Shown here: in pieces, positions 27,021-35,438 of the stretch
Layout of the letters: each line of letters begins with the position of its first letter
How positions within the stretch are numbered: the first letter of the stretch is position 1
Source of the DNA: a virus
Taxonomy: Duplodnaviria; Caudoviricetes
Strand: one strand, 5' to 3'
Virus record (IMG/VR): IMGVR_UViG_3300049143_000034
Span: 1 to 60,816 of that record
Length of the DNA stretch: 60,816 nucleotides
Translations under genes and position numbers: made by a program
Notes under the pieces: generated by a model
What the model saw: the letters and a program-made list of their open reading frames with translations, nothing else
Told to the model about the DNA's origin: nothing
The model's database searches: none

Positions 27021-28451
27021 TCACGCGAATGACGCCCCGCTGGAGCGGTTGCGTTTCGTCGCCTCAGCCCCGAATAGGGCCAGGGTCACGGACACGATCG
27101 GATAGATCACGGCGGTCTCGTCGGCTCGGTCCCAACCCCAACCGCCAGCAGTGCCGATCGCGCGCTTCCGTGCGGCCTGGAGGGCGTCGTTGACCGGTTT
27201 CTGATTGGCGTGGGTCAGGGTCTTCGTCGCGGACCGGCTGACGAGCATCCCGCACGCGCGGGACATATCCTGCGGGCCGGTGCCATTCACCCGGCACTTG
27301 CGTGCGCGTAGTTTCGGCGCCATCGACGACGCCGGCGACATGTTGTCGATCACCACCGGAATCCGACGGCTGGCCCGTGCGGCGATCCACGCCACCGCGG
27401 CATCCTCGTCGGTCCCGGCCCAAATCTCCTCGACGTGGGCGCTGTCGCCTTCCAGCCAGCACGCCGACACCGAGATCTCGCGGCCGTGCGACATGTCCAC
27501 ACCGATCGCGCTCGGCCTCACTCCATCCGCGGGCCCGACGTCTTGCAGGTCCTCCCACGCGCTCGTCGAGATCACCGGCTTGTGGGCGAGTTCATCCCAC
27601 ACCCCGAGGGCTTCCCGCATCCACGAGTCGAGGCTCTTGAGCTTCTTCCGCAGCCGCAGCATCGCCCGCTCCGTCGTGCGGTGCGGGTAGGACGGGTTCG
27701 CCTTGCGCCACTGCGCCCGATCCATCGGATCACACCCGCGGTCGGCGGAGATCTCGATGTACAGGGTCTCGGCGGACTCCCCGTCGATGGCTTCCTGGCG
27801 CATCAGGGTGAACACCTCACCCGGATCCTTCGGCCGCGGCGGGGTGCCCATCATGAACGTCAGCGGATTCTTCGCCACGTTCTGCGCGGCCGCCATGTCC
27901 TCGAGCGTTGCCTCGGTCATGATCTGCGCCTCATCGAAGACGAGAACATCCACATCCGAGAAGCCGCGGCCGAACCCCGACTCCCGGGCACCGAACAGGA
28001 TCCGAGACCCGTTGTTGAACAGGATCTTCTCGTCACCCTTACCGCGCAGCACCTGCCGGACATGGGGGGCCACCTTCGGACGTTGCGCCATCCCGTCGAA
28101 CGTCGTGAACGTCTCCGCCGCGGTCGTCTTCCGGTGCGCCGTCCAGATCACCGTCAGATTCGGGAACAACAGGCACAGCGCGAAGATGATGCATGCGATC
28201 AGGTACGTCTTACCGACCTGGCGGGGGATGCTGATCACCGTGGTGTCCGCAGCATACGAGCCATCCGCTCGCTTCGCGAGAATCAGCCGCCCCGCACCGT
28301 CCTGCCAAGCATCGAACCGCCACCCCAGCCGGTGACAGGTGTCCCGGACCTTCGGCCAGCCCGTCGACCTGATCCCCTCCGGGGCAACCACATACCGGGC
28401 GACCTCCGACAGGGGACGGTCAGTAACCGGTGCCGTCCCAGGCTTCGTCAT
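27021..28451 (-). CDS. terL: Terminase large subunit
   Basis: IPRQVGKT Walker A, VFDEAQ Walker B, ANPSYP, IGVDM nuclease motif. Confidence 0.95.
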   Translation of the reverse strand: MTKPGTAPVTDRPLSEVARYVVAPEGIRSTGWPKVRDTCHRLGWRFDAWQDGAGRLILAKRADGSYAADTTVISIPRQVGKTYLIACIIFALCLLFPNLTVIWTAHRKTTAAETFTTFDGMAQRPKVAPHVRQVLRGKGDEKILFNNGSRILFGARESGFGRGFSDVDVLVFDEAQIMTEATLEDMAAAQNVAKNPLTFMMGTPPRPKDPGEVFTLMRQEAIDGESAETLYIEISADRGCDPMDRAQWRKANPSYPHRTTERAMLRLRKKLKSLDSWMREALGVWDELAHKPVISTSAWEDLQDVGPADGVRPSAIGVDMSHGREISVSACWLEGDSAHVEEIWAGTDEDAAVAWIAARASRRIPVVIDNMSPASSMAPKLRARKCRVNGTGPQDMSRACGMLVSRSATKTLTHANQKPVNDALQAARKRAIGTAGGWGWDRADETAVIYPIVSVTLALFGAEATKRNRSSGASFA

Positions 28452-28722
28452 CGGTGTTCGCGACCACCGAGTGCTCCCCACCCCTGCCTGCGGCCTCGAG
28501 CGTCTCGATCTCCTTCGAGATCAGCGATAGCTGCCTGTGCAGCGCCGCCTTCGCTGGACCCTTTTCATCCGGGAGGGCTGCCGCAATCTCGCGCCGTTGG
28601 GCGAGGAGAATCTCCAGGTAGCTGCCGTTCTCGATCGCGTCGATGAGAGTCTTCGGCTTCGCCGGCACTGGGGGAGTCTCGTTAGGGGAGACCACCCGGA
28701 CGTGTGCAGGACGTTTCGGCAT
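28420..28722 (-). CDS. terS: Terminase small subunit
   Basis: Helical 100-aa protein overlapping the TerL start; LAALHRQL-like segment. Confidence 0.8.
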   Translation of the reverse strand: MPKRPAHVRVVSPNETPPVPAKPKTLIDAIENGSYLEILLAQRREIAAALPDEKGPAKAALHRQLSLISKEIETLEAAGRGGEHSVVANTDDEAWDGTGY

Positions 28723-28749
28723 TCGCTGGCCCCTCCCTTCCGGGGTGAG

Positions 28750-28823
28750 AAAAAAATCGAATAGGGGGGATGCGCCTTTGCCGAGGGGAGCGGGCGCCGC
28801 GACCTGGGGGTCCTCCCCCAGGT
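28750..28823. other. Candidate cos (packaging) region
   Basis: Intergenic between HNH and terS; G/C tracts and CCTGGGG/CCCCAGG inverted repeat; candidate overhang near CCCCTCGGCAA (minus, 28778-28788). Confidence 0.5.
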
Positions 28824-28833
28824 CCCTGAGGTC

Positions 28834-29394
28834 TCACACCGCGAGGAGGAGCAGTTGCTCACCGCCGCCGCGGTCTCCCTTGCTGGAGTTGCAGCTAAAG
28901 CAGGCCGTCCGGCAGTTCGATGGCTCGTGCGTGCCGCCTCGGCCGAGTGGGATCACATGATCGATCGTTGGGGCCTTGGGATGTGGCACCTGCCTGGCTG
29001 GATTCGTCATCTTACGGCAGATGTGGCAACGATATCCATCGGCTTCGAAAACTCTGAGGCGGTCTACGTCTTCCACGAATGCGTCCGCCAACCGCGCCCG
29101 GCGGCGCTGCCCATGTGTTGCCAGGCTCTCACGTCTGCGATGTTGAGCGCAGAGTGTGCGGCCATCCCGGGCGTTGCCTGCGTTCGAGCGGATCGGTGCA
29201 CCGCATTCATCACAGCTGCGCCCTTTGCGAGGACGCCCCTTGCGGTTCACCTGAGATGCGATCGAACCATGTTTGTCCAGCATGGCCGCTCGGTACTCGC
29301 GGCATTTGATGGTGTGCTCCGCCTTGCATGGCAGGCACCTGCATCCACGTCGGTAGCGAGCGTGCGTTCCGTGTTCGGGTAACTCTCGGGCCAT
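28834..29394 (-). CDS. HNH endonuclease with N-terminal Zn-binding domains
   Basis: HGT..RY..GCRC..C; CDEC; CHIC...DHVIPLGRGGTH..SN...CFSCNSSK. Confidence 0.9.
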   Translation of the reverse strand: MARELPEHGTHARYRRGCRCLPCKAEHTIKCREYRAAMLDKHGSIASQVNRKGRPRKGRSCDECGAPIRSNAGNARDGRTLCAQHRRRESLATHGQRRRARLADAFVEDVDRLRVFEADGYRCHICRKMTNPARQVPHPKAPTIDHVIPLGRGGTHEPSNCRTACFSCNSSKGDRGGGEQLLLLAV

Positions 29395-29473
29395 TGCACT
29401 GTCCTCATGAATGCGAGAACCCCGCAGCATGAGGTCTGCGGGGTTCTCTTCCCTCGGGGATCAGTCGAGGGCG
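29392..29473 (-). promoter_or_regulatory. Structured leader with predicted SD-sequestering pseudoknot
   Basis: 13-bp stem GAGAACCCCGCAG/CTGCGGGGTTCTC; CCTCATG in the loop matches downstream CATGAGG (the RBS). Confidence 0.65.
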
Positions 29474-29492
29474 TCTATTGGGGTTGTGGCGG

Positions 29493-29792
29493 TTACCAGG
29501 TTCGCGAGGTGATGTAGATCCGTGGTCCTGCCGTGGCCGGCATCTCCTCGGCGGTCTTGTCGGACTTCACGCGGTTGCAATGCCTGTGGGCTGGTTGCAG
29601 GTTCTCGAGTTCATCGAGTCCGCCTCTGGCCAACGGGATGATGTGGTCGACGACGAACTCGCCGGGGTCGAGGTGCGGCAGCGTGTAATCGATGTCCTGA
29701 CCGCAGATGCCGCAGGGTGGTTTCCCTCGACGGAGTACCGCTCTGTGTCGGTCTCGTGTGGCGGTGTTGCGTTGGGCTCGACTACCAGGCAT
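29493..29792 (-). CDS. Terminase-associated HNH endonuclease
   Basis: CGICG..ID...DHIIPLARGG.D..ENLQPAHRHCN..KS. Confidence 0.92.
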   Translation of the reverse strand: MPGSRAQRNTATRDRHRAVLRRGKPPCGICGQDIDYTLPHLDPGEFVVDHIIPLARGGLDELENLQPAHRHCNRVKSDKTAEEMPATAGPRIYITSRTW

Positions 29793-30058
29793 CAGGGGGC
29801 CGCAGCTGTGGCCTCGTAGGTCAGGATGTCCAGGTGCGGCGCGGGTTCGTACTGTCCATACGGCTCAGTGCATGGCTTCCGCGAGACCAGGGTTAGGTTG
29901 CTTGCGACAAGCCCTACCTCGCGGCACTTGGCATCCAGGACATCCCACGCGTTGCGCTCAGCCTTTGCCACATTCGCCGCAGTCTCATCACCCCGGTGGA
30001 GAAAGACCACCGTTCGGCAGGTCTCTCCGACGTAGCTTGTCTGGGGTGCGATCGACAT
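29792..30058 (-). CDS. Hypothetical protein
   Basis: GAGGA RBS; TGATG coupling to the HNH gene. Confidence 0.65.
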   Translation of the reverse strand: MSIAPQTSYVGETCRTVVFLHRGDETAANVAKAERNAWDVLDAKCREVGLVASNLTLVSRKPCTEPYGQYEPAPHLDILTYEATAAAP

Positions 30059-30067
30059 GACTTCCTC

Positions 30068-30697
30068 TCACATCGGTGTAGCTGCTGGAGTCCAAGTATG
30101 ACGTGTCCCTGTACGCCAGGCTTTGCGTGGTGCCGTGGTGTTGCCTGTGTTGCTATGCCGCACCAGGGTCGGGCCGTCCGCATGATCCACCAGACTCGGC
30201 CAGGTGTAGGCGACCTTGTGGCCGCGGGCTATGCACCAGGCGGTCATGCGCTCATCGGGTGGCAGGTCGTTGCCGTGTGCCCAGTCCAGCCAGTCGTCTT
30301 GTAGGTCTGTGTGCAGTGCGATGGCTACGGCGTGCAGGACGTGGGTGGTGGTCAGCCAGTGCGGGTCTCGGTCGTCTATCCGGACGAGAACGCGGGAGAT
30401 GCGGTCTTGCCACCGGACGGGCCTCGTCCGACCGAGGTAGAACGACACCACGGGTTCGGGGGCTGCGGCGAGGGCTTGCTCTGCCTGCTCAGTGAAGCCG
30501 GGTACCGGTTGGGCGTCGTCCTCGAGCACGCCGGCCCACTCGGATTCCATACCGCTTGTGAGCCGCCAGGCTTCGAGGTGGTTGATCCCGGCGCCCTTGC
30601 TGCCGTCGTCGAGGGCAATGACAGCGCCTACGGTGCGGGCGAGTTCGGTGGCCTGGGTGAGGCGTGCGTCGTGAGCTACTACAGCCCAGGAGATCAC
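30068..30697 (-). CDS. Glycosyltransferase (GT-A fold)
   Basis: VVAH..R...NHLEAW...VLEDDA DxD-like motif...PSLVDHAD. Confidence 0.8.
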   Translation of the reverse strand: MISWAVVAHDARLTQATELARTVGAVIALDDGSKGAGINHLEAWRLTSGMESEWAGVLEDDAQPVPGFTEQAEQALAAAPEPVVSFYLGRTRPVRWQDRISRVLVRIDDRDPHWLTTTHVLHAVAIALHTDLQDDWLDWAHGNDLPPDERMTAWCIARGHKVAYTWPSLVDHADGPTLVRHSNTGNTTAPRKAWRTGTRHTWTPAATPM

Positions 30698-31032
30698 AGC
30701 TTCAGCGCCAGCGGCAGTTCGATCCAGTGATCACACATCGGCTCTGCCTGTCCTGCACGGACGACGGCGACGTACTGATGGCCGGGCACATCCACCGGGG
30801 AATTGAAGTAGCGAAAGGCGACCGGCTCTCCGTCGGACGGCATACGGAACTCGGCAGATGCACCGCACGCGCAATCGAGCTTGGCCGTGAGGTCTTGACA
30901 TTCCCGTTCGATGTTGAAGGTGGCAGGCAGGACGGATACGCAGATCTTGCCCCCGAACTCCACGAGGAGCGTGTCCGGTCGAGTCAGGTCGGGAGCTGCT
31001 TGCATCACTTCCCCGGCCTCCTTCTGGCTCAT
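30694..31032 (-). CDS. Hypothetical Cys-containing protein between the glycosyltransferases
   Basis: ATGA and GTGA overlaps with both neighbours. Confidence 0.6.
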   Translation of the reverse strand: MSQKEAGEVMQAAPDLTRPDTLLVEFGGKICVSVLPATFNIERECQDLTAKLDCACGASAEFRMPSDGEPVAFRYFNSPVDVPGHQYVAVVRAGQAEPMCDHWIELPLALKL

Positions 31033-32465
31033 TTGTGCTGCCACCACGAGAAGTCGTTGACCTCGCCGCGTTTGAAGACGGTGTTCACCATGGAGCCCCA
31101 GACGAGGCGGTCGGCGTAACGCGTCCATGCGACGAGATTCAGTGCGCCCATGTCGCCGATCCCGAGGTCCTTGTCTGTGCCTCTGGCGACGGCTTCGGCG
31201 TTGTCGGCGTGCAGGGTGATCAGGTCGTGGAGGAAGGCCATCACGGTCGACCGGTCGCCGCCGATGAGTCCCGCGTTCAGCAGCTGCTTGGTCGGGTGTT
31301 CGGCGATGAAGTCCTGGACCGCCTTGGCGGGGTGGTTGTCCCGCATCCACGGGATGTCCACGACAGCGGGTTCGCTGCCGAGGTACAGGGTTCCCGGCTG
31401 CATGTGCGGCCAGGGTTCGTGGAGCATCTTCACGTCCGTGCCGTCCACGCACCACACCCAGTCGACCTCCGGGTGTGCCCGAAGGTACTGCCAGGCGGCG
31501 ATGTGGCGCTGGAAATAGACGTTGACGGTGTTGGCCGACCGCACGAACTCGGTGTCGTCGGTGTCGAAGTCGGTCAGTTCGTCGTGGCAGACGACCAGGC
31601 GGGCGCCGCGGATCGACTTGCGCAGCTCGTTCAGGAGGCTGGAGTCGGCCCGTAGGCGGGTGCCGCGCTGCGGGTCCGGCCGGCCGGTGAGCAGTGTGGT
31701 GATGACGGCGTTGCGCCCGGGCCGGTACGGCACGAAGTCTACGGAGTGCCGGTGGCGCTCGTAGAGGGCTTCGTTGCGCTCGAGGTGCGCCTTGCGGACC
31801 GCGGGGTCGACGGCGCGTTTGAATGTGGGGTGTTCGGCGTAGTGCTCGTCCATCGAGTACAGCAACCGTCCGGAGCCCTGCACGTCCTGGAAGCGGTGGG
31901 TGGTCAGCCCGGCGTTGTGGATGCGGCTGGAGTACTCCACGTGCTCCCAGCCCCATGTGCCGAACTCCGGTCGCATCCCGCCGACGCGCTCTACTGCTGA
32001 GCGGTGGAGGTAGAGCAGGCACCCGCGCGGATGGGACATCGCGATATGCCGATCGTCGGAGTAGACCGTCGGCGGCGTTTCGAGACGCTTACGCCGGTCC
32101 ACATCCTTGAACAGCATCATCAGGTGCGGTTCAGGGGATTCGACGTAGGGCCGCCACCACTCCTCGGTGAGGGGGTAGGTGTCGTCGTCGGCGAGGAACA
32201 GGTGCTCGACGCCCGCATCCATGAGAGCGGCGATGCCAGCGTTCTTCGCTCGGGCTATGCCCACGTTCTCGTTGAATCGGATAGCGCCCGGGATGGGGTC
32301 GTTGGAGGCGTCGTCGATGACGACGATCATTGCGCCCGGGGTGAGTCGCTGGAACTCGGCGAAGGTCTTGTCGAAGACGTCCCGCCGGTTCCGGGTGGTG
32401 ATCGCTACACCGATCGACGGGCGGTCGGGGGTGTAGCGGATGCCGTCGATGACGACCTCGGTCAC
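31029..32465 (-). CDS. Two-domain glycosyltransferase (GT2 plus a second GT-A domain)
   Basis: IGVAITTRNR, VIDDAS, GIARAKN, FLADDD, WGWEH; second domain WCVDGTDV...LLNAGLIGG...GDMG. Confidence 0.9.
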   Translation of the reverse strand: MTEVVIDGIRYTPDRPSIGVAITTRNRRDVFDKTFAEFQRLTPGAMIVVIDDASNDPIPGAIRFNENVGIARAKNAGIAALMDAGVEHLFLADDDTYPLTEEWWRPYVESPEPHLMMLFKDVDRRKRLETPPTVYSDDRHIAMSHPRGCLLYLHRSAVERVGGMRPEFGTWGWEHVEYSSRIHNAGLTTHRFQDVQGSGRLLYSMDEHYAEHPTFKRAVDPAVRKAHLERNEALYERHRHSVDFVPYRPGRNAVITTLLTGRPDPQRGTRLRADSSLLNELRKSIRGARLVVCHDELTDFDTDDTEFVRSANTVNVYFQRHIAAWQYLRAHPEVDWVWCVDGTDVKMLHEPWPHMQPGTLYLGSEPAVVDIPWMRDNHPAKAVQDFIAEHPTKQLLNAGLIGGDRSTVMAFLHDLITLHADNAEAVARGTDKDLGIGDMGALNLVAWTRYADRLVWGSMVNTVFKRGEVNDFSWWQHK

Positions 32466-32472
32466 TGGAGGG

Positions 32473-32577
32473 TCAGTTGCCTGCGGAACCGGTCACGGCG
32501 CCGATGATGGCGCGCGGGATGGCGAAGCCGTTCCACGAGATGACTTCCCAAAGCACTCCGAAAAGGAACCCGGCCAT
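32473..32577 (-). CDS. 34-aa hydrophobic peptide
   Basis: AGGAG RBS; MAGFLFGVLWEVISWNGFAIPRAIIGAVTGSAGN*. Confidence 0.6.
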   Translation of the reverse strand: MAGFLFGVLWEVISWNGFAIPRAIIGAVTGSAGN

Positions 32578-32645
32578 TATTCACTCCTGTCACAAAACAT
32601 ACCGACGAAAACGATGCGAGCTGCGTCGATGCCGTACTCACGTGG

Positions 32646-32945
32646 TCAATGCACCATCTCTTCGACCGCCCGAGCCGGTCGCGCCGTCACCCGAACCTTG
32701 CTCCCCGCAGGCTGCCAACCCGTAGCGACGCCGTACCAGACGTCCGGGGCTTCACCCTCCGGCGCTTCGGGATCGCCGATCGCCACCAGGAACCGCTCCC
32801 CGATCGGGGATTGGGCCAGGCGGGCAGTGAACTCGTTCGACGGGGTGAGGAACACCCGATCCATGCCTTCGCTCGAAACGACTTCGGCGCCGGCGAGGAC
32901 GGTGGAGCCCTGCTGCGGGTCCTGGCGGTCGTTGACGCGGATCAC
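32646..32945 (-). CDS. Hypothetical protein
   Basis: GTGA overlap; coding-like composition. Confidence 0.65.
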   Translation of the reverse strand: MIRVNDRQDPQQGSTVLAGAEVVSSEGMDRVFLTPSNEFTARLAQSPIGERFLVAIGDPEAPEGEAPDVWYGVATGWQPAGSKVRVTARPARAVEEMVH

Positions 32946-33250
32946 AGCGACTTCCATTCGGGGTTGTAGTCGGCATGGTCGGACCAGATGGCGGCGACCG
33001 GGGCCAACATCGAGTCGAGTTCGGCGCTCGGCGTTCCGATGTTGACGGCCAGGCTCCCGAGGTCGCGTATCAAGGCGCGAATGGCGGCGCATCGGCGCAG
33101 GACTCGGTTCGGGTTGTGCCGCGCGATGTGCTCCCAGTCGGGATCGCCGCTGGCTGCCCAGTCTCCTACCCCATCCTCCCAGCGAACTGACGCATGGGCC
33201 ATCTGCTCGTCTTCAGTGAGGCGGACATCGATGAAGTCTTCGATGTCCAT
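32942..33250 (-). CDS. DUF6221-like protein
   Basis: FI..RL.EDE..A...HIARHNPNRVLR.C.A...W.DH.DY..EW. Confidence 0.8.
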   Translation of the reverse strand: MDIEDFIDVRLTEDEQMAHASVRWEDGVGDWAASGDPDWEHIARHNPNRVLRRCAAIRALIRDLGSLAVNIGTPSAELDSMLAPVAAIWSDHADYNPEWKSL

Positions 33251-33873
33251 CACTGCCCCTCCTTCAACTCTCGGATCTTGGCGCGCACCCGCTCCACGCA
33301 CATCGCGAACGCCTCCGTCTTCGACGGGTCCGTGCATTCGATACCGCGGGGATGGAACGCGCACCAGCGGCCGTCGTTGAGTTGCCTGACCTCGATCTCG
33401 TCGATGTCCCAGAACTCCTCGGCGTCCGGGATTTCCGGCCAGGTGCCGTCGTCGTTGCGCCAGATGTGCTTGCCCTGGTTCGACGCACCCGACGGGACGC
33501 CGGGTGTGGGAATCCATCGGACCACGGCTTTGTCGGGGTCGAAGGAGATGCCGCGCTGTATCAGGTACTGGGCCAGCCTTGGTGCGCCGCCGCCGATCTG
33601 CATCGACGTGGGCCCGCCGAGTTTCCGGCCGGTGGGGCTGTGCCACTCAGGTAGGTGGATGACGGCCAGCTCCTCGGCCAGCGCCACAACCTCCGGTGGG
33701 AGTTCCGGGACATCCTCCGGCTTGGGGAGTTTGCCTTCCATCGCCAGCTCTACGAAGCGCTTGAACTCAGGCTTGGCGAATACGCCACCCAAGTCCTCGT
33801 AGCCGGGTGGGGGCTTGCGTTGGTCGCGGGGCTCGTGGCCCTTGAACTTGACCTCGCGCTGGGTCTCGCTCAA
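33250..33873 (-). CDS. DUF2744 / mycobacteriophage gene-29-like protein
   Basis: LAQYLIQRGI.F.P....VRW.P.PG...N.GK.IW pattern. Confidence 0.55.
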   Translation of the reverse strand: MSETQREVKFKGHEPRDQRKPPPGYEDLGGVFAKPEFKRFVELAMEGKLPKPEDVPELPPEVVALAEELAVIHLPEWHSPTGRKLGGPTSMQIGGGAPRLAQYLIQRGISFDPDKAVVRWIPTPGVPSGASNQGKHIWRNDDGTWPEIPDAEEFWDIDEIEVRQLNDGRWCAFHPRGIECTDPSKTEAFAMCVERVRAKIRELKEGQ

Positions 33874-34070
33874 CCCTCCCCCTCCTTGCGGCTCTTCTTC
33901 GCCTGGTGCGCGGCGAATGAGGCTTCGCTATTCGCGTACAGGGACAGCAGGATGACGAACAGGACGCTGTCCTTCCACCACACAAGGGCAGGGACAGCGA
34001 GGACGATCCACAGCCACCCGAGGATCAGGTGGCGGCGGTCCAGCCACCTACGAGCGGTAGAGGTCGACAC
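33870..34070 (-). CDS. Small membrane protein
   Basis: Two TM segments, WWKDSVLFVILLSLYAN. Confidence 0.75.
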   Translation of the reverse strand: MSTSTARRWLDRRHLILGWLWIVLAVPALVWWKDSVLFVILLSLYANSEASFAAHQAKKSRKEGEG

Positions 34071-34124
34071 GGCGGAGGAGGAAGCGGGTGATGCGCAGGA
34101 TCAGGGCGTCCCAGAGGCTCGCGA

Positions 34125-34340
34125 TCACCGGCCGAAGCCGCCAACCGCGTTTCGACGCTCCCACACACGCTCGGCCGCCGCCCTCGCGGACTCCAGATCC
34201 ATGCCGAAGTTGTGGACGTAGACAGCGTTGGTCAGCGGCTTGTTGATGGTCTCCTCGACCAGGTTCGGCGAACCATCCTCACGCAGCAGGGCATTGCCTA
34301 CGCGGATGCAACGCTCGCCCAGCCATATGCGCATCGACAT
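34125..34340 (-). CDS. Hypothetical protein
   Basis: TGATG coupling within the late operon. Confidence 0.7.
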   Translation of the reverse strand: MSMRIWLGERCIRVGNALLREDGSPNLVEETINKPLTNAVYVHNFGMDLESARAAAERVWERRNAVGGFGR

Positions 34341-34570
34341 CAGCGGACCCCTTCTTGGTTCACCAGCGGTTTCTCCGCGCTCTCCTGGGATTCTCGGGGG
34401 ATGACCTCGACGGCATCGGCGAAGAACGTCACCGTGGCCTTGCAGAGCTCGTCCACACCTGCCTCGATGTGGACGCCGTCCTCAACGATCAGCCAGGGGA
34501 ACTGGGTGCCGTCGATGAACAGCTTGCGCTGCTTCAGGTCCAGCACAACGCGCTTGGCGAGTTCCGGCAT
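34340..34570 (-). CDS. Hypothetical protein
   Basis: MPELAKRV..D.....LFIDG..FPW.I.EDG; coupled to neighbours. Confidence 0.75.
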   Translation of the reverse strand: MPELAKRVVLDLKQRKLFIDGTQFPWLIVEDGVHIEAGVDELCKATVTFFADAVEVIPRESQESAEKPLVNQEGVR

Positions 34571-34758
34571 CAGTTGGCCTCTTCCCGGTCGTGTTTGCCG
34601 CAGCACCCGAACATGTCCCCCGTGACCCGATCCCGGAACACGATGGCGTAGGAGGCGGGCACCTTGACGGCCTCCATGTGAGAGATGGGAGGCAAGGGCG
34701 GGTAGATGTGGTCAGCGAGGCGACGTAACCGAGCAGCGGCCCACCTACGCATCGTCAT
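34570..34758 (-). CDS. Hypothetical protein
   Basis: Coupled small ORF with a LRRLAD motif. Confidence 0.65.
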   Translation of the reverse strand: MTMRRWAAARLRRLADHIYPPLPPISHMEAVKVPASYAIVFRDRVTGDMFGCCGKHDREEAN

Positions 34759-34975
34759 CTCCCAGCATGTCCGGGGCCGACTGGATCATCGGGATACACG
34801 CCGCTACCTTCGCCTGCTCCAGCAGGCCGAGTTTCTTGGCGAGGGGCATCGTGGATCCGTCGGCAGTCCAGTAGGTTTCGCCGGTTCGGTGGTCGCCATC
34901 CTTGTTCAGGTATTCGGTGATCGTGATCCGGGAGAGCGGGAAAGCGCCCTCGGGGAGGTCGCTCAACCGAGGCAC
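34745..34975 (-). CDS. Hypothetical protein
   Basis: ITITEYL..DG...KLGLLEQAK. Confidence 0.7.
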   Translation of the reverse strand: MPRLSDLPEGAFPLSRITITEYLNKDGDHRTGETYWTADGSTMPLAKKLGLLEQAKVAACIPMIQSAPDMLGDDDA

Positions 34976-35088
34976 CAGTGCATCAGGTCGAACGGATACC
35001 CGCCGCAGTGCTTGCAGTGGATGCCGTCGTGGGAGGAGAAGTGGTGGGAGCCGATACCGGTCTCGTGCTCACCGCCAGCCCTGGTCAC
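34963..35088 (-). CDS. 41-aa Cys/His micro-protein
   Basis: GTGA overlap; CKHCG...HWC. Confidence 0.45.
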   Translation of the reverse strand: MTRAGGEHETGIGSHHFSSHDGIHCKHCGGYPFDLMHWCLG

Positions 35089-35192
35089 CACTGCTGTACC
35101 CACAGCACGCCCACAGGGGCCGTGTACACCTGCTCCAACGTGTGCAGCGGGGCGGGAGTGCACCAGGAGCGGATAAGGGCAGCCAGGTCCAT
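35085..35192 (-). CDS. 35-aa micro-protein, first ORF after the tRNA-like RNA
   Basis: GGAG RBS; MDLAALIRSW... Confidence 0.45.
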   Translation of the reverse strand: MDLAALIRSWCTPAPLHTLEQVYTAPVGVLWVQQW

Positions 35193-35219
35193 CAGGACTC
35201 CGTTCCGATCGGTTGGGGT

Positions 35220-35342
35220 TGCCCTCGGCGGGATTCGAACCCGCGTCTGCGCAGAGGGGGCCATTCGCCCGCCCAACCCATCGGCGGACCGGACTCGAAC
35301 CGTGCCACGTGCGCCGTCTTAGGCCGCTGGACTACTGAGGGG
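35220..35342 (-). ncRNA. tRNA-like RNA (Glu/Gln/Asp-type arms) with a 56-nt insert in place of the anticodon loop
   Basis: CCCTCAG-TA-GTCC AGCGGCCTA AGAC-G-GCGCA-[56 nt]-TGCGC-AGAC-GCGGG TTCGAAT CCCGC-CGAGGGCA. Confidence 0.75.
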
Positions 35343-35351
35343 ATGTTGGGG

Positions 35352-35438
35352 CCGCAGCGCGCGCAGCTCCAGGCTGTGGAGGTAGGAGCTGCAACAGCGA
35401 GGACGTCGGACCGACCTCAAACGGATCAGCGCGCTGCG
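35352..35438 (-). ncRNA. Multi-stem structured RNA upstream of the tRNA-like element
   Basis: 11-bp closing stem CCGCAGCGCGC/GCGCGCTGCGG; inner 8-bp GCAGCTCC/GGAGCTGC; GAGG/CCTC arm. Confidence 0.55.

Noticed and set aside
30694-32022. 442-aa ORF as listed in the ORF track
   Set aside because: Most of it overlaps the glycosyltransferase in another frame; only 30694-31032 is plausible.
35220-35342. Canonical functional tRNA, or tRNA with a group I intron
   Set aside because: There is no 7-nt anticodon loop, the acceptor stem is bulged, and the insert is too short for a group I intron.
35352-35438. Hammerhead ribozyme
   Set aside because: The junction reads CUGAUCC rather than CUGAUGA, and there is no GAAA core.
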